A stretch of DNA of 63,173 bases, counting the filler, from Atractiella rhizophila (taxonomy: Eukaryota): the NCBI GenBank assembly GCA_021432655.1. It is 9 parts of 9 records of this genome, joined end to end, with 100 filler letters (N's around TTAATTAATTAA, not from the genome) between each part and the next. Parts side by side here need not be neighbours in the genome. Positions count along the whole stretch, not along the records: positions 48,975 to 56,985 come from MU272177.1; positions 57,086 to 59,860 come from MU272204.1; positions 59,961 to 63,173 come from MU272217.1; 6 more parts are not named here. One strand, written 5' to 3'. The notes under the pieces were generated by a model. The model saw only the letters and a program-made list of their open reading frames with translations. It was not told where the DNA came from and searched no databases. Shown here in pieces: positions 50,266 to 63,173 of this stretch; position 1 is the first letter of the stretch, and each line of letters begins with the position of its first letter. Both the position numbers and the translations under genes were made by a program.

Positions 50266-53200
50266 AACGCGATATTTGAAAACTCTATTTCGGGTACCGA
50301 ACCATTTCCCATCGACAATTCTTTCTACTTCCCATTCCTCAATTCCATTCACCAATTCCGGAGGTGGTTTGGGCAACTGGACTCTGCCAGGGATGTCGTC
50401 TTCGTTGACTTTTCGTATTCGGCCCACATGGAACACTGGATGTATCTTCCATGAGGATGGCAACTCGAGTTTAAGGTTGAGGGGACCCAAAACTTGCAGA
50501 ACTCGAAAAGGACCATGCCACTTGTCGTCCAGCTTTTTCACCGGTCTCGTCGACTTGATGTTTTTCGCACTCAACCAGACGAAATCGCCGATGTGGTATT
50601 CGGGCGCTGGTGCGCGTTTTCTGTCGTAATGTTTTGCCATGAGGTCTGCTGCTTGCTCGAGTGCCGCTCGTGCTTCCTAGTCGGCGATTTGCATCTTCTC
50701 GACGAATTGTGCCGCTGCTGGAACGGCTTCGTCGGGGATGGGTTCAAAGGCCATGCGTGGATGTTGGCCACAATCGAGCGAAAATGGAGTTACGCCTGTC
50801 GCCGAACTGACACGATTGTTGAGCGCAAATTCTGCATTGGGAAGTCCTTCCACCCAATTATCCTGAAGGTGATTGCAGAAGATGCGCAAATATTGTTCAA
50901 CCTCTTGGTTCATGCGTTCAGTCTGACCATCACTCTGCGGGTGATAGGCTGTCGATGGTGAGCCTTTGATACCTAATAGGCGAAAAAGCGCGGATGTGAA
51001 TTTGGACACAAACTCTTTGCCACGATCGAAAATTGCGACATCGAAAAGTCCATGTAACTTCCATACGTGATCACGAAAAAGTCTTGCAGGGCCTTCTGCA
51101 TCCATCGTCGAATGGGTGGGGATGAGATGGGTGCGTTTTGAGAGTCTGTCAACTATGACGAAAATCGTGTCGAACCCCCCAGATTCTGGGAGTGGTCCTA
51201 CCAAGTCCATGCTGACAATTTGCCAGCAACGTGTGGGAATGTCATTTGGTTGCAAAAACCCGACAGGTGGGGAAGGAAAGTTTTTCGTTCTGTGGCNNNN
51301 NNNNNNNNNNNNNNNNNNNNNAGTAACGTGCAGCAAGAGAGAGATAGGCTGGTTGAACAGAGAGGAAAGAATTATGGGACCGTTGAGAGAACGGATGAGA
51401 GCTTGGAGAGGGATTGATGGGCGTATTAGATGACGATCACAAGCTGAATCGTGGCAAGGAAACAGGTTAGAAGCACAATTCTCGGCATTCGTACGTTGTC
51501 CGCAACTTCCAATGAATGATCGTAAACGAACTATGAAAACTGGGAAGTAAGACAAAAGTCAAAGTCGTAGAAGCGCCGCAATTACTCGTCGCCCTGAAAG
51601 CATCCTCATATTCAAACGAGTTGCCCTCTACAAAACCTCAAGATCCAAGTTCCGTGAGCCAGCATTTATGCAACGAGGTCAGAACTAGAAAGCGGCGAGA
51701 CGGACGTAGTCGACGTGCTTAGATTTGGAGGATCAGAGATGCTGGAGTATCTTATAACGCTGGGTCGATCTGCCGATAAGTGAGGAATCCTCAAGGTGTC
51801 ATCAAAGACATAGGTCAGGGTGAGGGATTTGGCAGATACCTAGAGAATGAGAACTCCGAAGAACCTTAATTTTTACAAGAAAGCCTTTACATGCCGTCGA
51901 ATTGGAACCAATATACTCCTAGAAAATGTGCTTCGTTTGCGTTTAGTACTCAAGGCGTCAGAGATTCTTTCAGTGATCTTTTCTCAACAATGCTTTCACG
52001 ATGCTTCAATAGAACAACTATTGACCCACCATACTATCAGCTAACACTTAGAGTGTGCGGGAACTGAGTAAAAGTCTGGATCGTAAGGCAAGAAGATTCG
52101 AAAAAGATACATAGTGAGATTTCCAACTCTGTGTGAATCGCTATCGCAATCACCATCCTTGCTACACCCTACGATTAGGTTCTGCGTTCTTCTGACACAG
52201 TTTCCCTATCCTTGAGAACCGTAGCACACACTTCCCAGTCTAAGACTTGCCAAACTAAACAGTTGTGAGAGATATGGCTCTCATTAGGCACTCAGCATCG
52301 AATTTCAATGCTTCGACAAGTTCCGGTTAGGGTTAGCGTCTGCCTTCTGGATCCAAAGCATTTACACTATCATCTTCATGTACGATGTGGATCCAGGCAT
52401 GTAGTGCGCTTGGCACTGTAGACAGCGTTAGGACCACCATCTTCGTGTACGCAGTCGATCCAGATCCGAAATCATTCCAACAACGGGCGCCTTCGAACAA
52501 CATCAGCTGAGTCACTCAGAACCGTGTCAGACTCTTCTTCGAAAGCACCTTGTTGAGCCCTCATACCTCCCTGACCACTTGCACCTTGAAATGAAAGGAA
52601 GTACACACCTCTGAATAGTTTGCTCCTTCTGAAAGTGAAGAAAATTTTTCTTAAAGTCATTAGAAAAAATATTCCATCTTTGAATTACATCGTAGCCCTG
52701 CAATTCAGCGAAGCAATGTACTCTGTTTGCTCGTTACTCCATGACAATCCTGCTAGGTCATACAGACTAATTTCTACTTCCCCCACCATATTCTTTGACT
52801 CTACACGTTCATTGCTGCTTGTACGGTCATGAAGCCAGGACAAACGTGGATTGCCCTTTACAAAACAGCTCGTTGCAGGGAACTATTCCCCATTTTACTC
52901 GCAATTGCTATCAACTTCAACGCATGTACTAAACACTGACTTGCAAGACCAGTTGCGCGGGATTCTTCATGAGGACTGGCAACGTGCAAATATGTTGCCT
53001 CTGAAATGTCTGACGACATATTTCCTCTCCTATATTGGAACTTTGCTCCAACGTCAAATTGTAGCCAGGAGTAACGCTTTGTGTTCTTGTGGGCAATGGC
53101 GCAAGAACGCAGTTCGCGGTGTTCGCCATCGACAAAATCCAACAAGTAATACTTTTGACAGGGCATCGGATTTTGCTTTACCAGTAGCTGAATTGATATT

Positions 53201-54281
53201 GGTCAGTCCAATAGCTTTGAGGATCGAGTTTTGAATCCTATCGATATGAAAAATGCCCCGGGATTTGGTCAAGGGCATTAATGCCTGAACGTACTTGCTC
53301 CGATTTGGATGCTGATGCAAGTCCTCAGGCTCTGAACTAGATACCATTTACTAGAATGCTTGACCACATGATGAGATTTACAGTGCCATTTGATGACGCG
53401 ATAAAGCGCTCACATTTGTCTGTGGAGCAGCCCCTAGCGTTACAGCATTTTCGACTAGGAGGAGCTTTCTGCGTCCTTGCCATAAGCGTACTGCATAGAT
53501 CTGCTCGCCTACACTATCTTATCCTAGTCTCTTTCAAGTGAGTGAAAGGTAAGACATTAGTGGAAAGGAATATCAAGCCTGTCTTATTAGGCTTTGGAAG
53601 CCTTGTCTCACAGACATGGAACTGCTACTTAAGAGGGAACTAACAGCGGAGTCGAGAGTTAGGAACTGTTCGGATGCTATACCAAGCATATTCGACGACC
53701 TGTGGAAGAGAAACATACTGCCGGTTTGCATGGTTGGAGTTTCGAGAATCGATAGAGGTTAACGACACAGCTTCCTTCCAAGCTGAACTGTCGATAGAAC
53801 TGCAGCAGCTCGTGGACCAGATCGAGAGATCTGTTTGCTGCTCCAAAGTCAACATTCTCAGAACCTGCATTTTCGAAAAGCATAACATGAACTGTTGGCA
53901 ATGAAACGGACCAGCGCTGCCACCAGTAAGCGTCCGGATATGGTTTACGGCCGTATTGTACGGGATGTGCCGTATCCGTAATGCTCTCCTGAGCCCCTCA
54001 TTACTGGCAATATCGCTATTGCCATACCCATCCGCAATCAAGGTATGTTTTCCATATACTGCATATACTGCCGTGTCAACATTCTCTAAGAAGGGGCCAC
54101 AACACAGATCAGCCAGGTGCAGACGGTGTGTTGCCGGGATGCATTCAGTCTGGTGGGTCGAGGTGCGTTCTTCTTTTTTCTTTCATTTGCCCTTTCCGAC
54201 GACTTCCGACCCTGCAGCTTCCAGAAGATTCTATTCCAAGCGCTGTTGACGTGGAAGATTCTGCAGAGAGGGTTATAAAAG

Positions 54282-56985
54282 GTGTGCCACCTCTTTCTCC
54301 TCTTCATCCCAGCGTCGAATTTGATGCTCATGGTAGAGCCTGTCCGATCTGAGGAAATCAGGTCGTCCCCACGTCGCAACAAGGGGGCTCGCCCTCAATC
54401 TCTCGACGTGTTTTATGTCACCTCTGGCAGCAATGTTCTCCCCCCTGTCGAAATCGATCGTCCCCGATCCCCTTCCAGACCATCCCTCTGCCAACTTAAC
54501 GGAGATCACTATCCACATGAGAAATCACAGCTCCAGCAGACTCAACCATCGGATAAACCAGAACTTGGGAGTGAACAAGAGGAGGGGAGAGACCAGCTTA
54601 ATCTGAAGCGGAAGAGGACGACATATATGGACACAGAAGAGGAGGAGTCCAAAGAGGAACTGGAGAGTGAGGATGGGATGGAGATAGACTCAGAAGTTGA
54701 GATTATGAAGGTAGGTGTCACGTACTGTCTTTCACTTCAAAGCGACGCAGTGAGCTGAAGATCTACTATGTATTTAGGTGCGAGCAATGCCAAAGCGGAA
54801 GAGGGAACGCGACCATCCCGCTCCAAAGAAGGTACGCTGTCCTTGACTCTCTGCTGGTTAATTACTTATTTCTCTCATCATTGAAGAGTGCACGAGCAAC
54901 AAAGAAGCCTGCAGAAGCACAACTGAAAAAAGTAAAGAAGAAACTCAAAAAGAGTGTCCCCCAGTTACGTGCTGAAATGGATGCAAGTGGACCTCCTCCG
55001 GATGCAAGCGAGGATGATAGGGATGGTATGCCAAAGAAAGGAAGTGGCTTTAAGGGCAAAGGAAATCCACTGATATGGGGTTGCTGGAAGGTGCTTTGAT
55101 CCTGCAAAAGTCTCGTATTCATGACTTCTGACTGATGTGTCCTGTTGTAGCACGATCCAAATACACCTGCTTATCCGGAAGGCACGGAAGGTGACCGTTC
55201 GATTTATGAGTGCGCTCTAGGGTGTGGGTATGATATATCATCTCACATATTGAATACATCTAATAGGCATGCTAAAGGACAATCTATTCCTTCATTGGCA
55301 CGGAGTACTCAAACCTCAATAAGCACACCCATGAGTGCAAGAAACGGCACCTTGCCAATCAACTCGGTATTACCCTCCCGCCTCTCCCTCCGCGGCTGCA
55401 GAAACAGGAAGGAGACCGGAATGCGCTCAACAATTTCCTCATCAGGAAGCAGAGCAAGGAAGAGATTGATCAGCTCTTTCGCAAGATTGTCGAGTGGATC
55501 GTCCGAACAGATAAACCTTGGTCAGTAGTAGAGGAGAACGGTTTCCGAGAGATTCTCGAATCATTGGACGGCGGGGTGGCGGTCTATGGTCGAATGACAG
55601 CTTGTGCATGGGCATCACGCCTCCACAATGTGCTGAAGGAGCATGTGCAAGCAGAAATTGATGTGGGTGATTTGGTTTTATATTTCAATGGCTGTGCTTC
55701 ATGTGAAATAGACCCACGAAGGTGAAATCCACGTTAACACAGACTGCTGGACTAGCTTCGGGTCTATGCATGCGATTAGTGCAATGATTGGCTATTGGAT
55801 CGACAATGATTGGAATCATGTCCGACGTGTTCTTCGCTGCTCTATCCTTGAGGAGTCCCACACCTCAATCAATCTTGCGCGAAGAATGAGACAAATGTTG
55901 ATGGACCGGAAGATTGTGAATAAGCTAGGTATGATTCTCTTTCCATCCGTTACTCAACAAACTAATAAACTACAAGGAAATGTTGGCTCTGATCACGCAT
56001 CAAATATCATCTCTTCCCTGCCTTATCTTCAAGCCGGCTTAATCTCTGAACGACACGAAATCTGGGAGGCTGACAAGCGACATAACGGTTGCTCACTCCA
56101 CGCAATTGCTCTCTCTGCACAAGCTGGACTGTCAGCCATGGGAGTCGGAGATCCTCCGGAAGTCGAGGATCATTACTTGAAGGACAAGAATCTTGGATTG
56201 CGTGGAGGTGATATGGCTGATGAGGGAGTGGGAGAGGACGAGGAGCTGAAGGAGGTCACAGGTTTGGATAATGACAAGCTGTCCGATGTTGATGAGTCTG
56301 ATTGGGAGGATGAGATGGGAGGTGGAGGTGACGAAGAGGAGCTGAAGCGCCGCTTGTTTGTTAAAAAGAGTAAATGGTCAACACAGAATAAGGTGTGCCA
56401 GCATATTTCCTCTGCTCCTCCCCCATTCCTCTTCTTGAAAGAGGGGACAAACACTGCTGACAACTTGTATATAGCTCTTTAAACTTTGCCGCATCATTCG
56501 CTCGACTACAAATCGTCGTTGTGCCTTCAAGTGTGTCTCCAACGAGACCTATCCTGATGGCCATCGGAATCGAGGTGCCATGCCAAAGAGAAACAATACA
56601 ACACGCTGGAATTCTGAATATAATGTCCTGGCTAGAGGATATCGATTGAAGCAAGTGAGCAATTACTGCCTAAGTGCCCACTGCCTCCCCTCACCAAACT
56701 ATCCAGGCTCTGCATAGATTTGTTTATAAGTTTGTTGATTCATATGGCCGTTATGCGATGAAAGAAGCAGAGTGGAAGCAAGTTCAGGTAGTATCTAAAG
56801 GGCTGAAGGTCTGTTGTTCTTTGTTTTTGTTTCAGCAGGGAGTACATACTTAGTTAAATATGGTGTGCAGCCTTTCAAAGAGGTAACACTTATTCTGGAG
56901 AAAGAAGATGCATCTCTGTCAGAAGTCCTCCCCACTTTCGAGCGATTGCGGAAGACCCAAACCAACTTCAAGAGTGATCCAACTA
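54282..56985 (+). mobile_element. hAT-superfamily transposase gene, 3' truncated
   Basis: BED-like W..C..SNLNKH..C, then IVEWIVRTDKPWSVVEENGFRE, TDCWTS, HTSINLA, SDHASN, CSLH, TRWNS and FKEVTL..SLSEVLP. Confidence 0.9.
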
Positions 56986-57085
56986 NNNNNNNNNNNNNNN
57001 NNNNNNNNNNNNNNNNNNNNNNNNNNNNNTTAATTAATTAANNNNNNNNNNNNNNNNNNNNNNNNNNNNNNNNNNNNNNNNNNNN

Positions 57086-58046
57086 TCCTTCTCCAAAGAA
57101 TCAAAGGAAGTAATCCATTGTTCTTGTACAGAAATGTTCTCCCACGAATTACTGTCCACCTCCACAGTCAGCTTGAAAATTTCCAATGACGAAAGATGGT
57201 TCTGTTGGATTAAACCCCGTCGTACATGTTGCGGTCTTACCATAACTTTTTCGGGGTCCAGATGCATTTGTAGCCTCTTCAGAGATGCAGGTAAAATGCG
57301 GAAAACAGTCTCATCCCACCCCGCGCCGTGAAGATTGAGAGCTTGCAAATTCGAAAACAGGGATAGAAATTTGTTCACAGGCAGACGTTCCAGGGGAGGC
57401 GAATGTTCCGAGCGGAAAAACTTCTCCGTTGTGAGATTGAGACTCAATTCCTGAAGCTGCAAACTTAGAGTTGGAGGTAACCAAGGTACCGACATCTTCA
57501 TCAATACACACGGTAGTCTCGACTTTGAGAAATTTCAGGTGAGGCATGCAAGGAAGCAGGGTGGAGAAGAGCCATGGGTGAAGTATTTTCTCCCATCCCT
57601 CCTCATACATAAAGCATTCGAGATTGAGCTTTGGCAGACGGTCAGGAGTAGGATTGCCTCTGAGTTCCAAGAAGCACATCTCTAGCTCACGAAAGACATA
57701 TGCAAATTTGGAGACAGTTTAAAAGGTCCTGCAACTCCACGTCGCCGCCCAAGAACCGAAGTGATGTCAGATTAAGGGCAGAAAGCAGCTTGAGAATCGA
57801 AACCTGACAGCCTTGGAAAGGATCACCGGATAATTCAAATTTTCGCAATCTTGGAAATATTGCTGAGTTTGCGAAGGTTTGCAGTTGCTCCATCCCTGGG
57901 AAGCTGGGTATGTCTGTGCCTGGTTCTGATATCAACATGGAGATCCATGAACTTTCGCTGTCCAAACGTAACACGATGCAGGCGATCAACGGCGGGAGCC
58001 AATCACACGTCTTGCATGCCTTCAAAAACGACAGAATGGAGGGCGT
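57086..58046 (-). pseudogene. LRR-like gene fragment, copy 1 of a 961-bp direct duplication
   Basis: FPRLRKFEL, LRELEM, MPHLKFLKV and FSNLQALNL are spread over shifted frames; near-identical to 58900-59860. Confidence 0.6.
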
Positions 58047-58189
58047 GGAAAAAAAGAACCAAAAAAAAAAAGGAAATCCAACCCCCCAAAAAAAAGGTTT
58101 CGTACTTCTGACGGCCATCGTTTGCAGCCGCATTCATCTCAATACTATACGAGAATGGTATTGTAGGTGTACACTAGGGACAACGAAAG

Positions 58190-58281
58190 ATATTGCCGAT
58201 AAAAGCAATCGTACTGGAAGATCGTTGCACTCATCCCAAAACCAAGGACTCCAACCTTCAACGGTTGAGAAGATCGAGATG
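58190..58281 (-). pseudogene. Gfo/Idh/MocA oxidoreductase 5' fragment
   Basis: MASRSSQPLKVGVLGFGMSATIF is a Rossmann-fold start with no convincing continuation before low-quality sequence. Confidence 0.5.
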
Positions 58282-58682
58282 CCATTTTTTTGAGGTGTTG
58301 ATAAGATGTTACGGTGAAGATTTGGTGGCAATCGGGATGTGCACTTTTTCCTTTGATTTCCGCCCGACAGAACAGGAGACTTTGCCACTTTGGAACCACA
58401 AGTTTTTCAAAGCGGAGAATCAGAGATGTACTCATCTCATCCCAGCCCGACTCGCACTCTCTGCTGAGAAGTTGTCTTTCGGGAATTCAATTCTGAGCTA
58501 ATATTGATGAATCCAGTGATTGCTCTCATGCTAATTCTTGGACACAACTATATTATTTGCTCGTCGCTGCCTTTCAGCCTGCTTATTCTTGGGAAAATCG
58601 ATAGGATTACAGCAAATCAAGTAACTACGTTTGTGACTTTTGTGAAATTCAGAACTCCACACATATGTAGTTTACATGAAAT

Positions 58683-59860
58683 TCAGCACATCCAAACTGG
58701 TAGGCTACCACTACCACCAGCCATCGACAACTCCGTCCCAAAATCAACCTCATCGTCACTGCCCTCGGGAAAAATTTCGCTCATGGAACCTCCTTGTTCC
58801 AAATACTCGTGCAAGGATTCCAACATCCACTCACCAACAAGCGGAATCCTCCGAAGCGTCAAGTCACACACTGCCCAATGCCTTCCAGACTCTTTCAAGT
58901 CCTTCTCCAAAGAATCAAAGGAAGTAATCCATTGTTCTTGTACAGAAATGTTCTCCCACGAATTACTGTCCACCTCCACAGTCAGCTTGAAAATTTCCAA
59001 TGACAAAAGATGGTTCTGTTGGATTAAACCCCGTCGTACATGTGGCGGTCTTACCGTAACTTTTTCGGGGCCCAGATGCATTTGTAGCCTCTTCAGAGAT
59101 ACAGGTAAAATGCGGAAAACAGTCTCATCCCACCCCGCGCCGTGAAGATTGAGAGCTTGCAAATTCGAAAACAGGGATAGAAATTTGTTCACAGGCAGAC
59201 GTTCCAGGGGAGGCGAATGTTCCGAGCGGAAAAACTTCTCCGTTGTGAGATTGAGACTCAATTCCTGAAGCTGCAAACTTAGAGTTGGAGGTAACCAAGG
59301 TACCGACATCTTCATCAATACACACGGTAGTCTCGACTTTGAGAAATTTCAGGTGAGGCATGCAAGGAAGCAGGGTGGAGAAGAGCCATGGGTGAAGTAT
59401 TTTCTCCCATCCCTCCTCATACATAAAGCATTCGAGATTGAGCTTTGGCAGACGGTCAGGAGTAGGATTGCCTCTGAGTTCCAAGAAGCACATCTCTAGC
59501 TCACGAAAGACATATGCAAATTTGGAGACAGTTTAAAAGGTCCTGCAACTCCACGTCGCCGCCCAAGAACCGAAGTGATGTCAGATTAAGGGCAGAAAGC
59601 AGCTTGAGAATCGAAACCTGACAGCCTTGGAAAGGATCACCGGATAATTCAAATTTTCGCAATCTTGGAAATATTGCTGAGTTTGCGAAGGTTTGCAGTT
59701 GCTCCATCCCTGGGAAGCTGGGTATGTCTGTGCCTGGTTCTGATATCAACATGGAGATCCATGAACTTTCGCTGTCCAAACGTAACACGATGCAGGCGAT
59801 CAACGGCGGGAGCCAATCACACGTCTTGCATGCCTTCAAAAACGACAGAATGGAGGGCGT
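58683..59860 (-). pseudogene. LRR-like gene, copy 2 (includes the 3' end)
   Basis: Same frame breaks as copy 1; ends ..GSLPVWMC*. Confidence 0.6.
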
Positions 59861-59960
59861 NNNNNNNNNNNNNNNNNNNNNNNNNNNNNNNNNNNNNNNN
59901 NNNNTTAATTAATTAANNNNNNNNNNNNNNNNNNNNNNNNNNNNNNNNNNNNNNNNNNNN

Positions 59961-61481
59961 GCTACAGTCGCCTTTGGGTGCGCCAACTTACTTTCCTCGC
60001 GCAACAAGCAGATAAAAAGGTTGACCGTTGGTGAACAGAATGGGCATTGACAAAAAGGACTGCCGCTTCGTCGTGCACTTTGACATTCCGACCTCTTTCG
60101 AAGGCTACTATCAAGAAACCGGTTTGTTATTCTCAACCCTCACTCTTTCTCAGACTGCTAATGAAATCGCGACGGTTGAAGGGCGAGCTGGAAGAGATGG
60201 AAGAATTGCGCGATGCCTCCTCTATTACTCGAAAGATGACGCATGGGAAGTGACGCAGCTAATGGCGCGGGATAATTCAAAGGAAGTATCAAAGAGCAAG
60301 AAATTCCAGAGTGGACACAGCGTTTCCAAGGCATGTCTGCTTCCATTTATGCACGAAGTAAATAATGCCGACCACAGTTGATCCAATTCATCGAGAACGT
60401 CTCAGTCTGTCGTCACCTCTCTATCTGTTCCTACTTTGGCGAAGACGTACCCTCGGCAGGAAGTGTGGAAGCTGAAGACTATTGCAAGAAGATGTGCGAC
60501 GTGTGCAAGAAGTCGAAGCGCGAGAGAGAAAAAGTTCGACAAGAATTAGAAAAGCTGACAGTACCGGAGTCGACACAGAAAGTCTTAAAGGAGAGAGCAG
60601 AGGAGGAGAGGGAGGAAGTTAGATGTGAAGAGGAGTGGGCGAGGAGTCAAGAAGTCTTAATAAGAGGAGGTCAAGGGGGACAAGATGATGGAGAATCTGA
60701 GCAAAGAAGCCCAGATGAGAGTACGAACAGAAAGATCGGACAAGAAGAAGATGGCAATATGCCAAGGGAGACGATACGAAATATGGAGGAACTCGAGCAA
60801 CAGGGCTTAGAAAGGTTCGGCCGAGAACCTGTGGACAAGAAAGGGAGGAAGAGGAAGATTGTGGATACCGAAGAGTTAGACGGTTCAGAAACGGACGATG
60901 AAACTCCGTCGAGAAATAAGCAAGACCGGAGACCACCAATCATTTCGAGGGCGAAGAAGCGTAAACAAACGGCAGATGCTACCATGCAACCAATCTCTGC
61001 ATCCAACTCTCCTGAAATTGAAGACCAGCCGCCGAAGAATGGATGGGAAGGGGAGCAAGGTCGTAGACGAATGAAAAAATCGGACGCAATGATGCGATCC
61101 AACCCAGAAATCCATCCCCAGGAGGAAATCGCAGAGTCTCAAGTCACTAGTATAACTAGATTTAATGGTGGAGCCTCAACTTCAAAGTCTTCGAAGCCGG
61201 TGGCAATTTCAGATGAGTCTGAATGTTCCGATGGTACCTTTTTTCTTCACTGCAGGCGGTTGAAACTAATTGCTCTTGACGCTCGTTGTTGTTCAGAAGA
61301 TCCTATCCTTCAGCCTGACACCAACCTCTCTCGACCCTTCCTCAAGCGGTCCACCCGCCTTAAAACTGTTCAAGAAGAACTATTCCCCCCCATCCATCGC
61401 ACCTTAGAGACCACTGTCTCATGGGGACAATACCCCAAACACAAACTATCCAAATCCCAAAGGTCGCTCATTCAATCTTAA
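59961..61481 (+). CDS. RecQ-family DNA helicase, 3' part
   Basis: [40 protein letters not shown] (helicase motifs V-VI) and the RQC Zn site [15 protein letters not shown], followed by a charged tail. Confidence 0.92.
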
Positions 61482-62269
61482 CGACACCACAAAGGCTGAT
61501 GAAGGGATTGACAGGAAATCGCTGGCGATGCATACTGCCATTCGCATCGAATCCGACCTCTATTGGTTCTCGAGCAGTGAAGGGAGGTATCAGGAGAGAT
61601 TGGGAGAGGAGAAGAAAAAAATTAAAAGTTGGAAAGGCTGTGAAAACAAGGTGCCTTATAAATGGTTCATGGTTTCGCAGAAAACGAAGCGTTGATGTCT
61701 CTGTACACGCTTCTATGCCTTTTCAAGTCGTCTCCATCATCATGCAATTACTCCCCATCTTCGCACTCGTTTCCAAAAACAAGGCTCTCCATACTCCAAT
61801 AATTCTCTCGCGTCTTCTGTACGGAAGCACCGTTCAAAATCGTCTCCTTCTTAATCAAAAGGAGGCAAGTCATGCTGGAGCAAGGAAATTAAACGCGCGA
61901 GCGACGAGAGAGAGAAGTCAATAAAATCAAGTTCTTGTGTGTAATGCGAACCTGCCGACTAAGACAGTGCGTGATGGGAGCCTGCTTCATCGCTACGTGC
62001 GCCGGCAGGTATGGGCCGCTCGTGTGAGGTGCCTCATATACTCGCATCATCTTCTGAAACCGAACATGGTTCTCTGGCCTCGCCTCCTCTCCGCCTGATA
62101 TTGGAGTCGAATTTGGTGGAAGCGAGGGAGCGGTAAGAATGTCGAATCCTTTACTGAGAATAAGGTAGGTAAGAAGGCACTGCCTTGATCAATTCCACAA
62201 CAAATACACAAAGAGTGGTACAGACACGCATTCACATAAGCAGGCAGGCTCAGTCAAAAGATGGAGAGA

Positions 62270-62732
62270 TCATGTGCCCTGTTCCTCAGGATCTTTGTAA
62301 TCTTCATACTCTGTCTTTAAGGCAAAAAAAAACATTCCTGTTAGCTTCTCTCTACAACCTGAAAGGGAAGGGAGACAGCTCACCCAATCATAAATCACTC
62401 TTATTATTAGTGAGCAGCTAGGGCAAGTAGCTGTCTCATCTCCTTCGGCAAGTTGTTTCTGAACGGAACAAATTGGTGAATAACAAACACAGTAGTAAGG
62501 AGAGCCCGACACACCTTTGTGATCTCGAACCGGTCGCCACAGGGACATGGATAATGAAACACCCCTTTCTTCTCATCCCACACCATGTCTGCATTACACT
62601 TCATGTTAGGCCATCACTCTACGATCAAGTATTGGTAAAATGGTGCGCCAACCTTCGATCTCGATTTCGTCGTCTGCCAAAGGCAATCAGGTCGTCAATA
62701 GCGAAGAACAAAGTCTCACAATAACGCGGCAT
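62270..62732 (-). CDS. DPH3: Diphthamide biosynthesis protein 3 (CSL zinc finger)
   Basis: Spliced translation [61 protein letters not shown].. Confidence 0.95.
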
Positions 62733-63041
62733 TTGCCCAACTGATACAAATAATGCACTTCTTCCTCTCTCGTAACGCGGGATTGGCGAATATCGCACTT
62801 CGTCCTCAAAATTTTGCCACCCACCCAACTAATGAGCGAGTCATGGATTCCAAAGGGTTGATCATGATCATGACCTCATCGCCAGACCCCTGCCAAACAT
62901 CCAACTCACCCTCATCAACAATCTGACAACTTCGAACAGCTAACAAGCACACGTAAAGGCTTCGCAGCGGATCAACCACGTCCCTTGTTCACGACATCCC
63001 CAACCTTTGTAGAAGTTGAGTAAAGCTCACAACACGTACGA

Positions 63042-63173
63042 ATGGCACCTGCTTCTGAACCACCTATTACACTCAAACTTTTGCTCATAGGGGCGTCTTC
63101 TGTGAGCTCTTCACTTCTCATTGCATGAGGAACGCTGAGTTTGGGTCTTTGAAGGTCGGCAAATCCTCTCTGC
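63042..63173 (+). CDS. Rab small GTPase (Rab18-like N-terminus), runs off window end
   Basis: MAPASEPPITLKLLLIGASS|VGKSSL P-loop split by an intron; not in the ORF track; divergent from DPH3. Confidence 0.75.

Larger units (their letters stand above)
48974..51296 (-). mobile_element. Ty3/Gypsy chromovirus 3' fragment (integrase, chromodomain, 3' UTR, probable PPT/LTR from 49257 leftward), inactivated
   Basis: VSMDLVGPLP, IVDRLSK, DRG, STAYHPQSDGQTERMNQ, KLDDKWHGPF, IHPVFHV and chromodomain EWEVERIVD..YKGY..DEW; in-frame stops at 50677 and 50263; AGACAGGGGAG followed by TG at 49257. Confidence 0.93.

Noticed and set aside
50263..50679. RIP-like hypermutation of the Gypsy element
   Set aside because: Only two stops are seen and there is no obvious AT enrichment; a multi-copy alignment would be needed.
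51850..53900. Fragmented ORFs suggesting a gene or transposase
   Set aside because: There are many stops and no recognisable motif, so no call can be supported.
58049..58096. Poly-A tail of a retrocopy
   Set aside because: Mixed homopolymer runs look like a low-quality read end, and there is no target-site duplication.

Overview
This is intron-rich fungal DNA, most likely from a basidiomycete (GT-AG introns of about 50-60 nt with CTAAC/CTGAC branch points). It is not one locus: at least nine scaffolds are joined by artificial 100-nt N-TTAATTAATTAA-N linkers, and seven consecutive segments are about 8.0-8.1 kb in decreasing size order, so adjacency across a linker means nothing. Recognisable genes are a FAD-dependent monooxygenase (5' part), KEX2, VMA1 (5' part), a GPI-anchored T/P-rich mucin-like protein, a germin/spherulin-like cupin, a type-B carboxylesterase, a TRM2-like methyltransferase (5' part), a RecQ helicase (3' part), DPH3, a Rab GTPase (5' part) and several F-box/LRR-like genes. 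Mobile DNA includes a MULE-like element, a hAT transposase, a chromoviral Gypsy fragment and a TRIM. The top candidate for a new system is scaffold 16398-24482. It carries two tandem gasdermin-like genes with the same N-terminal module but different C-terminal domains: a catalytically degenerate RNase III-like domain in one, and a Cys/His module in the other that is also present as two free tandem copies. Other highlights are a TRIM with a Tf1-type self-priming signature, a duplicated covarying RNA structure in the Gypsy 3' region, an H/ACA-snoRNA-like VMA1 intron and an F-box-LRR-SH3-SH3 architecture. All gene models were spliced by hand and family calls come from motif recognition; no database searches were run.
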